64,000 bases of DNA, from contig NC_134026.1 of assembly GCF_964204645.1 (NCBI RefSeq), positions 30,662,150-30,726,149 of the forward strand. Reading direction: 5' to 3'. The position numbers were made by a program, and so were the translations under genes. Origin of the DNA: Tubulanus polymorphus. Taxonomy: Eukaryota; Animalia; Nemertea. Position 1 is the stretch's first letter. Every line of letters begins with the position of its first letter. This document shows positions 1-13,100 of this stretch, one piece after another. The notes under the pieces are model-generated. The model was not told the DNA's origin. It worked only from the letters and a program-made list of their open reading frames with translations, and searched no databases.

Positions 1-1819
1 GATCTTAAAACTATGTTGTTCTGTGACTCTATGCGATAAAATATTTCCAGAGGGTTGATTTGAACTGTATTATAGGATCCTTGCACCATATAAGCACAAT
101 TTATAATTATATTAACATAATTGTCATCATTATCATTAAGATGCTAGAAATCTATGGATATCAATAAAAGAAGATTGAGGGTAGATTCGGCGGGACGCAA
201 GGACGATTTGCTAGATTTTTGTATGGCGGCTGTATCGTGGTTAGAGGTCCACTTGGACGTTCGCCGGCCGGTTCTGGAGACTTGCCTTACATAACAAGAA
301 ATGACAATCAAGGGATTTACAAATTTCGAGGGTCCACCGTGTAAATCGCTTAATGTGTTTTGGCCGTCGATATGGTTTAGTCAAGTCGAGAAAACACATG
401 ACTGCAAAACCTATCACATTCTGAGCTTCATCGTGTATAACATATAATACTATATCTATTTCATCTGAAGTGTGGGACTATTAATTTGTCTTATTAATCG
501 ACCGAATCTCTTCTCATATACACATGATGCGGTCATGAACTCAATTAAGTTTTAGGTCCAGACTTCCGCTTAATTCTTCATCTTTCATTATTATCACGCG
601 CTTCGAACTAATGTCGACAAAGATCTGTAGAATTCAAAATATTCTCGAATTAGTATCAACACAGAGCTGAAGACTTAACACAGCGATAGCGTGAAGTGGA
701 CTGGGGGAACCTTGCCACCATTGACCAGACACAGTGCGTAATTTTGGCCCTCGAGTGTTTAAATGCAGTACACAATTGACGGCCAATATTTGCCAATTTG
801 ACGTACGTCCCCGTATGCACGACCACTTCGGAAACACCGGACGCCTTGCATTCCCGCTGTTCTGTAGCTCTATTTGTCAAGACATTATAGATCGTCAAAA
901 TTTGGCACTCGTCGTCTTGGAAGTTGCATCTTTTGGGAAACGCATTAAAAAAAAAATATCTCTATGACCAAAAGAGCTTCGTTTGAACTGCGCCTTACGA
1001 GGTCCCCTGATAGACTGCGTGAATACTGCATGATCTCAATTTTTGATCCAAGTCGTCGACACATTTCATATTCGGATACAGAATGAAATTACACGATACT
1101 TCAGCCGATTCCAGCCGCCACCAACATCAGTAATTCGATCAACTTTGACGTCATTCGGCACACGCCAGAAATCACCGATATCAACGCGCTCAAGTTCATC
1201 ACGATATTCACAACGATCCATTATTCTTTTCACCAAAAAAAAAATATGAAAACAAGTTTTATGACAAACATGAGAACAAAATAATCTAGACTAGACCATG
1301 TTTTGGTAATTGACTTTTACCTGTGCATATTTCTATTTCGGGATGTCTGAAACGATTCTGATTAATTGATATTACTAGTTGTATGTTCTCGAGTTATTAT
1401 TTCATGCTGAGTGGAGCCGGTTTGCTTGTATTATTTATTAGGACCTTTACACTAGAAATTGCCATGGAAGGAATGCATCACTGTTTTACCCCCAAATCAA
1501 TCATGGCTGACTGCAACATTACGAGAGGTTTCATCTTCAGATCGACCTCGGCAAGAAAAAAAACGAAACAAGCAATATATTCTCTATTTGAGCCAGGACG
1601 TCATCGCTGGGACCAATATTATCCAAAGGCAATATTGCTGTTTATGTGATAGTCTCATTTTACACAGTTCGCGATGCCGCTGCGTATCAGTAGCAAGTTC
1701 TGGGTTTGAAGTGTCATAGTTCTCACAGTTCGATGATCGTTAACAAGTCATTGAACAGTTTCCATGGGGAAGAGCAATTCCTCAAAGCAATCATCACTAT
1801 CGTCATTATATTTCACAAG

Positions 1820-1966
<147 letters not shown>

Positions 1967-4195
1967 TCGTGCCCAATGAAAACGAGTATTTATAGAATTA
2001 ACGAAAGGTCGTCAATATCTGGCGGTAATTCTGCTGCTGGTAAATTCAATTCCACATTCAGTGGCACGACCTTCTTTAATGCATCAGTACCCGAATTAGG
2101 TGAACTACGTCAGCAATATGTGTAGACCACTTGCTACGACAAACGGACACATAGAGTAAACTTCCATGTAGAATGTTATCCTGACAGAACTGGATGAGAT
2201 GTTGATCTATGAATCATTTCATCGAATATCACCATCATCTTGGTACATTTCTATTGATTGTTTGTCCTCTGGTCTGAACGTGACAAGCGACGTCGCTGAA
2301 ATCATTGGTTTTCTTAGAAGTCAATTCTCTCTTATCTACAGGCTTATCTAATTTTCCGCGCTGCAAAATCACTGCATATACATATAATATATGGATATTC
2401 GCCATAAACAAAATAGCTTCAATTCAAACATTGATTGGTTGCGCTTATAGATATATGATCGGTAACGTTGTTGTCGAAAGCTTGATCTCGTGAGAAGTGG
2501 AAAGATGACCTTTTGAAAGAAATGACGTTAGGTCCTTCATAAGAAGATAGATTGGGTAAAATAGAGGAAAGTGGTTCGTCTCGGTATGGCTTCCAGATAC
2601 CGTCTCCACCCATCGCATGCGACCGACAATCAACTTCCGGGTGATGTAGCACTTATTGAAGGCGAAGCTGTACGCGGCACGACTAGAACCGGTTGAACCC
2701 TGGGCGTGTTTGTTTACTGAACCCTTCATAGGCGCCCCAAAGAGGGAGGCGGGGAGGGGTGCGAACGCCCCTTATACCTTTTCGGCCATAGTGCCCTTTT
2801 TGAAATAATGAAAAATATTTCTACAACATTTCACCACGGGATTTAACAGTCATTTTTTCATTTCACATCGGCGCTGTGTGGAAGACTTCAGATAGAAATT
2901 CGACCCTCCCGATTCCTGGTGACGCCCATGATTTGTCGCGTATATTTGTCCTCATTGCGACTGATTCCAATCTCGACTAAAGCTAAATGGTCATTTAGTT
3001 ACGACGATTCTATTCCTATTAGACCTCTATTGTATTGTATCAACTCGGAAATGAAGAGACGTTTTGTCGTCTTTCGTGTAAATGCGTGCGCGCTCTGCTT
3101 CACGACGCCAAAAACCTTGATTGATGAAGACACAGCGGGAACATTAATCATTACGAATCATGGCAGCTAATTCTTGATTCATGATATTACAGTAACAGTG
3201 CCCCCTTAAAGGCCGCATCCCCGGAGAGATGACTGTCAACATGTAAAGGATAAGTCGTCCACCGGAGCAGACTCTTCTTTAACTGTCATTCGATGCTATA
3301 TTCTAGTTCGGCTATATGATATACCAGAGTACTGATCGATTGTGTGTCCGCTTTCCTTTTATTGCGGCGACGCTAAGTCAACGACAAAATCATAATTCTG
3401 ACGTGCAAAGAAAACCGGTATATCGATTCATAACGATTAGATAGATATATGCGCTCAGTGCTCTAACCCAAACTCGGGGGATCGTATATGTAATAATCTA
3501 CCGGTATGAGTAAATTCCACGAATCCGTGGAACGCACCAGTATCCGTTACATCGAAAACTATGCCGAATAAATCCGCCATTAATAGTTATCAACAGGAAA
3601 ATGGAAACGTGATACTTTTTTTAAATTACAGCTATAGATATAAAGGTGTTCTATATTTACAGAGAGAAAAATCTCGTCGGAAACGTTTTTTTTTATGGTG
3701 CCCTAAACTTATCGAGATCGTTTTATATTCGAGTCCCTTGACGATATTTCCATTTTCCTTGTAATTGAGTAAAAGATGAATAGCCTGTCTGGATGGAAGT
3801 GACTAATGATTGGTTCTTCTGGGAGAAGATGACACGCGCGCCACTTATATCATATAGTCTAAAAACCTTTTTCACTGAGTTCATAACAAACGCTCCTTCA
3901 TAATTAAAATATTGATTCGAAACAGAAATGTTGCCCTAAACGAACTAATCTCTAATTTTTACAAGAGTGAACTATATTCAGGATTGTATTCATACTTCAC
4001 CGCAATGCTATGCCTTACACATTATACCTGGCCGTTATGTCAACAGCCAGATTCATAATCTATTTACGACCTCATTTCGACTTTTTCACGTCGATTTTGG
4101 TTCGAATTTAACAGTAACAAAAAGAAGCGTCGCAGGGAAATTTACGAAATTACCTTCTAACATTAAAACTCAAAATGATTTCATCGCATTTTCAG

Positions 4196-7100
4196 GGGGA
4201 AGAACGAATGTACCTACAGATAGATTTATCAGATGGTCTACTCGCTGAAGCAATGATGCAAGTATTGGATGTAACTGGAATTCGTTACCTGTCAATCCTC
4301 ATGGACGATAACTATGCAAAATATCAGTTTTTACACGCGTTTAACATCTTAGCACAAACGAACGATTGGAGTGTTGAAGACGCTATATTCGTGTCGCGTA
4401 CCGACTCTCAGAGCGAGTTACAACTTAAAATGCTGAGCCTTAAAGAGAATATATCAAGAATTGTGATATTGTTTTGCCACAGAGATTTAGCCAGGCGCGT
4501 GATGAAACAAGCATTTCTTATGGGTTTATTCGATAACGGTTATGCTTGGTTTCTCGCTGATACGTCACCAGAACACGATAACGATATACAATATTATCCG
4601 CTAGGTGTCGTTAGATTAGAACCCGTTCCACCTAGTGATTTTCGTCCTTTGATTAGAGATGTGGTGAGACTAGTGATTAAAGCATCTGAGTCTTATATCG
4701 GAAACTCACCAGCAGCGCTGTATTTACACCGTAACTACTCGTGTTGGAGCAAACCTTTACCTGTACAAAGAAACCGCGCAATATCTTTCTACAAGTAAGT
4801 ATATTACCAACTATTCTACCCCAAACCGCCCACAGCCTGGACAGTTCTTCATTCCGCAAAAGAAAAAAATGCCATAAGCTCTGCCTTTAAGCCGTTCATA
4901 TCTAGCCGTATATTATACTAAAGTGCACATTTATAGCAAAGTATATTCGCATGTTTGCCTTGTACAAGAGCAGTGACCAGTGGGTATGGTGACCAACCAC
5001 GTGTGGTAATCTGTTGTCAGAAGCAAGCAAAAACTTTCATGTCAATCATCATCATACTGCCAGGAATTTTCAAGGGCAGGGGCAACCTCCAAATGTAGTA
5101 TTCGGTGGACTGTAATGTTTTGAAATGTTCAGCTGAACAGAAAAGGCATCGGGGCTTTAAAGGGTTGCATTCAAACGTACGAATCCCCCTGTCTAAGATT
5201 ATATCTTCTTAAGTGCTCATTACTGATTTCAGTTCCGCTTATACATCCATTAATTCAGTGTAAGATTGTTTAAGTCTCGTGTTATTTCATGGTTGTGATG
5301 GAATTCTTCAAGGCGCCGCACGCGATCTATCCGACGATAAAAATCCTGTTTCTGCTTACACTGCACAATTTGATTATTGTATAAGATCATTGGCGGACTA
5401 ATACATTCCCATGGGGACTATTTAACAACAAACGTTGATTGTTCAAGTAGGGAATAAATGCGATTTTTCTGACGACAAATAGCACGCAATATTTCTATTA
5501 TAAATTCGATATTTGCGTATTCTCTTTAGAACGATTTTGAAGTTTTTTAATGATGATTTTGAAGTGGTTTATTTGTCTCTTGCAACCTTATTTTGCATTC
5601 GCATTTATCTACCACATCAAAAACCCCAGAGTGACATTCTGCTGGTAAAGTACACAAAATGGGAGTTAGTCAAACAAACCGACATCACACATAGTGAATG
5701 TAACACGCGTAATCAATGATTCCCAGAATCGTCATATTGTCACACGCAACTCACTGCTGTTCGCTGTGTGTTAACGCTTGGAATAAACCTCGGTTTATCG
5801 CTGCCTCTTCATCAGCCTAATGCCCTCTTTCCTCGTTTAAACTATTGTCCAGTTCAGCGTTAATTCCTGCAGATTGATCTCTCTGTCTGGACCGGCAGTA
5901 AACTCTCTTATCTAATCCCCTTGATCTTCAATCTATTAATGATTATGGCTTATTCTATTCTTACATCGAAGGAATGTGCGCTGAACACTGCATAGTATTC
6001 ACCGATGATCCTGTATATCAACTGTTGGTTAAAGCTTGGAGTAATCATTTGAAATGATTACTCCAAGGTTTAAGTCACGAAATCAATTGCTAAAAATTTC
6101 AGTAGTTCCAAGGAATGCTGAATCTCCGGTTTGTCAGATTGTGACCGTCAAGTGCTGCCCCTATATATTACATTGACGGCGAACGGTTAAACTAACTTAC
6201 CAGCGCAATATTCTTACTGCGGCATGTGGGTAATAGGTTGGTTCGCATATTCACCGGTAACGTTATATATAGGGGCAGCACTTGAAGTATTGAATTTTAC
6301 TTCTTGTTTTTTGTAAATAATTGTAAATACTGTTTTTCTTCCATATACTATGGAAATAGTTGGAGTGTAATAAATATTCGTATTCGTATTCGTAATTTAG
6401 CACCGCTCGCTATGCGAGATATTCATTTCAAGGGAAGTTTTGACATTATTTCAAACTGCCCATTTCATTTTACTCGCAGTATATCTGGTGTCTGAATCGG
6501 GCCATATGAAGTCACATACGAATCTGCAACCATAAATATAAATACATGAAGTCATTCATGACTATATTTTTTTAAATATAATCTATTCTATTTTGAAATC
6601 GCAACGCAAGTATTTACGCAAATTCATTCAATTCCTGGATATTGTTATGAGGCGGATCTAGAGTCTGAAGGTCGTACCAAATATTTTCAGCGCAAATTAT
6701 TTTGCAAAGTGCATTTCCAGAATTTTGACAAAATTGTGCCTTTGACTTTACAGAAATTGCCCATTTAGAAGTTATTTTGGATAGAATTCTGCCCTTTTTG
6801 AGAAACGCTTTTACATAGATATATAAGCACAATTCCCCCCCCCCACCGGATCGTATTGAATATTGTCTCTACACGTACGGAATAAATATACGAGTTCTTA
6901 TTTTTCAGTGCAATCAAAGATACCGAGATTGTCGGCGAAACTGGACCTTTCACATTTAACCAATTCGGTGCTAGAATCCAAGGAAAATACGAAATATTGA
7001 ACGTCGTTTACGAACACGGAAGCGTATTGAAAAAATGGCGCCACGTCGGTCACGTGACGAACGGAAGCGCTACTATGGAGTCGATTGTGTGGCCGGGTAA

Positions 7101-10100
7101 CGCCGTGTCGAGACCAGTCATTAACGGCATTAAAACATTCAGGGTCGTTACGAATAACGTAATGCCGTTCGTTATGAATCAGAAAGCTTACTTGCACGAA
7201 GATTCAATGCATGAATACAATTGCGGTACAGCGGAACCGTGTTTAAGAGTGAATACATCCAACTCAGACGTGTTAACCGCCATATTTGAAGATTTCAAAA
7301 AACACGTGCATAACGATAGCCGGCCTTACGAAGTTCACTGCTGTTCAGGTCTTACAATTAAACTCTTCCAACAACTGTCTAAAGATCTCAAATTTGACTT
7401 TAATCTCTACCTGGTGGCTGATCGAAAATATGGAAAACAATTAGCTAATAATACATGGAACGGTATGGTGGCTGATATACAATCGGGCGCCGCTGATATC
7501 GCTATCGGGGCTTTCAGTATTACTAACAGTCGTTTGGCTGTGATCGATTTCACCCAACATTATTTTCAATCAGGTTTTTCAATGATGATAAACGAACATA
7601 AAGGTAAGACGCCGCCGCTTAACGCCATTTTCGAACCTTTCGGACCCGAGGTGTGGTTTTCGATAACGGGCTGCGCGTCCGTTGCCGCCATTGCTATGGC
7701 TATATTCGAGTGGAATAGTCCGTTTGGATTGACCCCAAAAGCCAGAAAACGAGATAAAAACTATACTTTAGCGTCGGCTGCGACTATGGTCTGGTCGGTA
7801 CTGTTCGGACACACGGTAAAAACGAAAACGCCGAAATCTTGGCCGTGTAAAGTATTACAGAACGTCTGGGCCGGCTGTTCGATATTCATAGTAGCCAGCT
7901 ATACTGCAAACCTGGCTGCGTATTTGGCTGGTGAAACTGGACAAAAAACATTCAGCGGAATTAATGATCCGAAAGTAAGTATTTCTATAACACGGCTTCA
8001 GATGATGTTGAATCGTTCGAGAATAAACACAACTATTGAAATCTTCATTTTGATAAGGTTTCATTTTTTCAACTTTGTTTCGATCGATTTTTCATCTCTC
8101 AGGAAAGAGTCCTTTTCAGAAATTCACAAAATTCTTGAATTCTTGGTCCTTTAATTCTTACGAGGACTCGAGGGAAATGAGTCGAAATCGGACGTAACAT
8201 GTTGTAAATATAAATCTTATCAAAACGAAGATTTTAATGGTTGAGTTTCTTCGATTATTAACTATCTGGACCGAGTTCTACCGTTCCTGAGTTAAGATTT
8301 GACTCACTGAAAATGAGCCAATCTTAACTCAGAGTTAACTTTAGCTCAAAACTGTGGAACTGGGTCCAGGATACTAATACTCTTCCTAACTCATAATACG
8401 AGTTTGACTTCGAGGAATTTATTTATAATACTGGTTATATCTATATGTATGAAGCTGCTACAGGAGCGTCACCTGGCGATAGGTTCTGTCAGTAGCAGCG
8501 CCGTCGATATGAGAATTAGAAAACTAAATCCTCAACTTTATCAACTGGTTAAAAATAATCTAGTCCAAACTTCAGGGATCGGCATTGAACGAATTAAGTA
8601 TGTTATAAATACACGAAATTACGTTCGTTTATGTTGGTAGATTTTAAGATCCATTGCTTGCCAGGGTCGGTTCTTTGAAAGATGGCAGCAGGATAAGTAT
8701 AGAAAAAGGGGACTGACCCTGGCAAGTGACGCTGTATCCCAGTGTTGTACCGTGATGCCGTATTTACTAAGAGTGTATATGAATTTGATTTCAATGAATA
8801 ATTCACCCGAAATGTGCAACATTGCATTAGCTTTTTTAAGAAGAAAATCTATGCAGTTTTATTGCATCCTTTCCTTGGCAGGGGTTCGAACCTGATGGCA
8901 TCACTAGACCCGTGCCATCAGGTTCGAACCCCTGCCGAGGGAGGATGCTCTGTTGTTGCGGAATGTCTGACCGTTTCGTGATCGGGTCGAATCATTCATA
9001 TTTTCACAATCACTGCTTTTTTATTAGTCAGAGGTTTTGTTGTCGCCTGTCCTGCGATAAAAATGATATGGATGTCGTCGTTTCGATAGCGATAGGAAAT
9101 AATGAGGCTTTCTGTCGATTACTGAGTAATGGATAAGCAACACGTCATCATTCTTATCAAACATCCGAGCATTTTTACGAAATCTAGACATATACCAGTA
9201 AACCCTGGCGAGGTCCGGGTAAAAGAAAAATAAGATCAGAGGAATATAGAAAATAACTCGTAAAATCATCAAAGATGTGTAGTTTACAATAATCGACAGA
9301 ACGCTTTAGATTCGTCCGTTTTTGTGAAAGTCTCGTGAAAAGTAATTCCCAAAATTACATCATATAAATACACCCTTTTTATACATACATTATGATCAAT
9401 GTTGTATGAAGTGTTCTTTTGATTTTCAGTTAATTTACCATAAAGTTGCGGTAGTGAATAGTAGCGCCGCTGAGGAACACTTGAGAAAGGTCAACCACGC
9501 CCTTTATTTGAAGCGTATTACTCTCGAAGATGACAAAGTCCCAGTGCGATCACTTCTGTAGGTTCGCGAAAACAAAACTCAAATCATTTTAAATCATTGA
9601 TTGCATTTCGATGTTTTCTTCAAATTATTTGATGATCTCTGATGCAAATCAGCAAAAATCAATTCGTCTTTCGGTGGTTGTAATCATCGCCGTTTCATAT
9701 ATGTTGCGATCTCTTATTTCTTCGTGGATTCTAAACTGAAATTCAATTCTTTCCTCGAAAACACATAAATCTCTAATTTCAATTAGTTTAAGTTTGCATG
9801 TGGTGTTTGTGAACTCATCTGGTGTTTGTGGTGTTTGTGCACTCGTGATCATCAGAGATGATCTCATTAATGAAGGGACCTCATTTGTGAATCTCTCTGT
9901 GATTACAGTCTATATTAGATTATGTTTGCATTTACTGAGTGCTATTTCATGATGAGACACGTAACTGGACCCGGTTCTCTAGTTTACGTTGATTCTACAG
10001 ATAAAACTAGTTCATTTTCTCAATCTGCCTTGTATTCGGTCAATTCCTAACCGAGAACTGTGGAACTGGGACCCGCGGCTGTTCTTTTTACCTCTCACTA

Positions 10101-13100
10101 TCTGTGTGATGCAAATACTTCTATTATTTACAGTTTTTGAGCAACAAAAACAAACTAACTTAGTTTTAGGTAAACAATTTTTGCTAATTGAGATATAGGT
10201 AAAAGTGGGTTTTTTTCAAATCTCTTTCATCATATGTATGTTGTGACCACGTTGTCTAGTGAACTCCATTTGATTCATCACTACACTTTTAAAAACAAAA
10301 TTCATTTAAAAAATGATGAACTTAACAATCAACTGTTTTTTATGCGAGTCTGGCAAAACACAAATATCGTCAATTCGTAAAATATCTTATAGCAAGATCG
10401 ATAGCCTAAAAATGCGTCATTAAATTTAGCCGATGTTACGGCATCATCATCCATAAATTTGATTGATACATGAGCTGCGTCCATTAGATGCATTCGCAAA
10501 TTATTTACAATTATGGAAACCGCCTAAAGGTAAATCGGTACACTGCTTACAGGAACGGCTCTTTAGACGTTTACCTAGATGATACACCAATATTAGAATA
10601 TGCAAAGACACAATTAGACGATAACTGCTCATTGAAAATAGTTGGAGAGAGTTTCGGAGACGATGGTTATGGCTTCGGTCTAACGCACGGATCACCTATG
10701 AAGGTATTAAAGCGTGTAATCAAAGTCGAGTTACGCGACTGAAATATCAGCCCTAAATGAATGAATGATTCGTATATTTCTAGGAACCGATTTCTCGGAA
10801 GTTGATCGAATACAGGACTAACGGATTTCTAGAAGAGCTGCGCAATGACTATTTTAGCTATGTTCCGTGTCGGTCATACCCGAAAATGAAAGACGATGCT
10901 CGGGACATGGGTCTGACGTATAATCAGTTTCTAGCACTGTTTGCTGCTCTAGGGGCTGGTGTATTTGTTAGTATATTCATACTATGCAACGAACACGCTA
11001 TTTTTCTATGGTTCGTGCCCTATCTACGATCGTTGCCGACAAAAAGCCCGTGGAAAAGTTTAAAACTGATGTTTATAAGCCAGGTAAATATATCTCGACC
11101 GGGAATTCGAACCTGATGGAGAGGGATCTTCTCTAACGCCTATATCCCGGAGCCAAAGACCCTAATCCCTAACCATCTAGAGCGGTTTCGAAAGCCAAAA
11201 TTATGTTTTTTTTTCATGCCTGGATAAGGTCGTTATCCTGATAGCATCCCATGGCAGAGTTTCGATGTCATCAGGTTCGAGTCCCGTCTCGGGGGAATGG
11301 ATAAACTGCACCCATGGTTTCCATAGACAATACATTGACTGTCTACATGAATTGAAGATAAACCCCACAATAATGAAGAAAAACAAAGTATCGTATGCCA
11401 ATTTTGAAAATAGATTGTTTTGAAATCCGCTTTGAGAATGGCTCGTAGAATCGCGTGGAAACGTCACTATATCCTCCTCTTCAAACTGCACCTTTTTGTT
11501 CGGAACTTGTGCCTCAAATGTTGTGTCTCATTTCTTATGGTAATTTTCTCCTTGTATTTCCAAAGCGTTTGTATAGAATAGTGCATAGTCACGAGCTTGT
11601 GTCGCCGAATCATTCAGCTAAAGAGATGGTCACAGTGCTGAAAAACAGGCAATTCGAAAAATTATTCCAGAAGGACACAAAGGTTAGAGATGATAATAGG
11701 AAATACCTTACGAGAATTATATGTAATATTCTTAAGTCCCGCTTATTGCCTTGAGTGAATCGTTCATTTTAACATTCAATAGTCATATTCATGAATTACA
11801 CTAAATGCTATTGTGATATTAGGTTCAATGAGAATCATATGTATAACATTATAAAATCCCGCACCAAAAGAAGAGATCGAAATGTTCCCATATGTTATTC
11901 ATTTATTTCAATCAACCTATAATAGTCACCTTACCATTAGAATACCTCCGACAAGTTGAACGAACTATATTGGCACAAGGAATCATTTTATGTTCTTATT
12001 GTGGGATTCTATAATCATCAGTTTTATCAGTGGTTATACACAGCATCGTACGTCTTGATTTTGCCAGAAGAATCATTTTGTATAAAACTCAATGACCTGC
12101 GCCATCAGTAGATATTCTACACGTGGTTTTATCGAGGAGATACTTTTGAAACGTCGTGTAATTCAATATATTCGCAAGTTTCTTCTCCAATTTACAGGGT
12201 ACCGCTTCGCAACAAAAGCAAATGAATGGCATTATTGGCGGCAAGGCTTCGCTGTGCGACCTCAGCAATCAAATAATTGCGTATGTATCCAGCACCAATT
12301 TCTCCATATTGCCCAAAGAATTTTAGTTATTGCCTCGAGCATATTGTCAGATATGATTGGCAATCACACTGCGTCGATGAATAAATGAATAAAAGAAGAG
12401 TGGTTTTCATTTACCTCGGAAACTCTTCGGTTTTTATGTCAATCAGGGATGGTTTAATAAAGTACAATTGTGAGAGTTTCAATTTTTGTTACCAAATTCT
12501 AAAATAAACAGATTCATTCTGGTTTTTAGGTTGAGACGCCAACAGCCGGCGGGCGCGACCGCTTCCGTATCGGGCAGCGTCAGTCATAAAATCGAATTAG
12601 ATTTCGTAGATATAGCAACTCAAACTATGGAAGAGGATTTGTTTTTACATTGTACGCCTAGCAGTAGCAGCAGTAGTGGAACTACTCGCGTCATCAGAGC
12701 TGGTGGAAACACCGGTGAAGCGGAATATATCGAATTACATCAGGTTAGCCCATCGTGGCACGGCGACTGGGATAGGAGTTGGTTAGACGAAGACGATCAG
12801 AGTAGCGACGAACATCCGGCGTCTTATAACAACGAATCGTTCACGATGGATGAATCTGTCGATGAAATCAGCGTCAGGATTCCACCTCCGCCTGAATTCA
12901 GACAGATCGAAGACCACGACCAAATCGAACCCGATCGTAGGTATTCGCCACCATCCCCGACGTCGCAACAGGAGAAACAACATCGAGACGCGCCTGTAGG
13001 GTTCTCCATATCGATGGGAAACGCGGCTTTATCGAAAAAGACGACTAATAAAGACGTGAATATCGCGCGGGCGGCGGCGCGAGTGAAGAGTTTTCCGTTG

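Noticed and set aside
8881-8932. tRNA gene suggested by GGTTCGAACCC
   Set aside because: No cloverleaf or A-box; the motif is part of an inverted-repeat element.
9890-10175. Third alternative S2 exon
   Set aside because: Acceptor-like sites (about 9907 and 10132) lead to in-frame stops and show no similarity to exons A or B.
11822-12110. Extra alternative C-terminal exons of the NMDA receptor
   Set aside because: Candidate acceptors give early stops in the required phase 0; exon 12198-12280 alone restores the frame.
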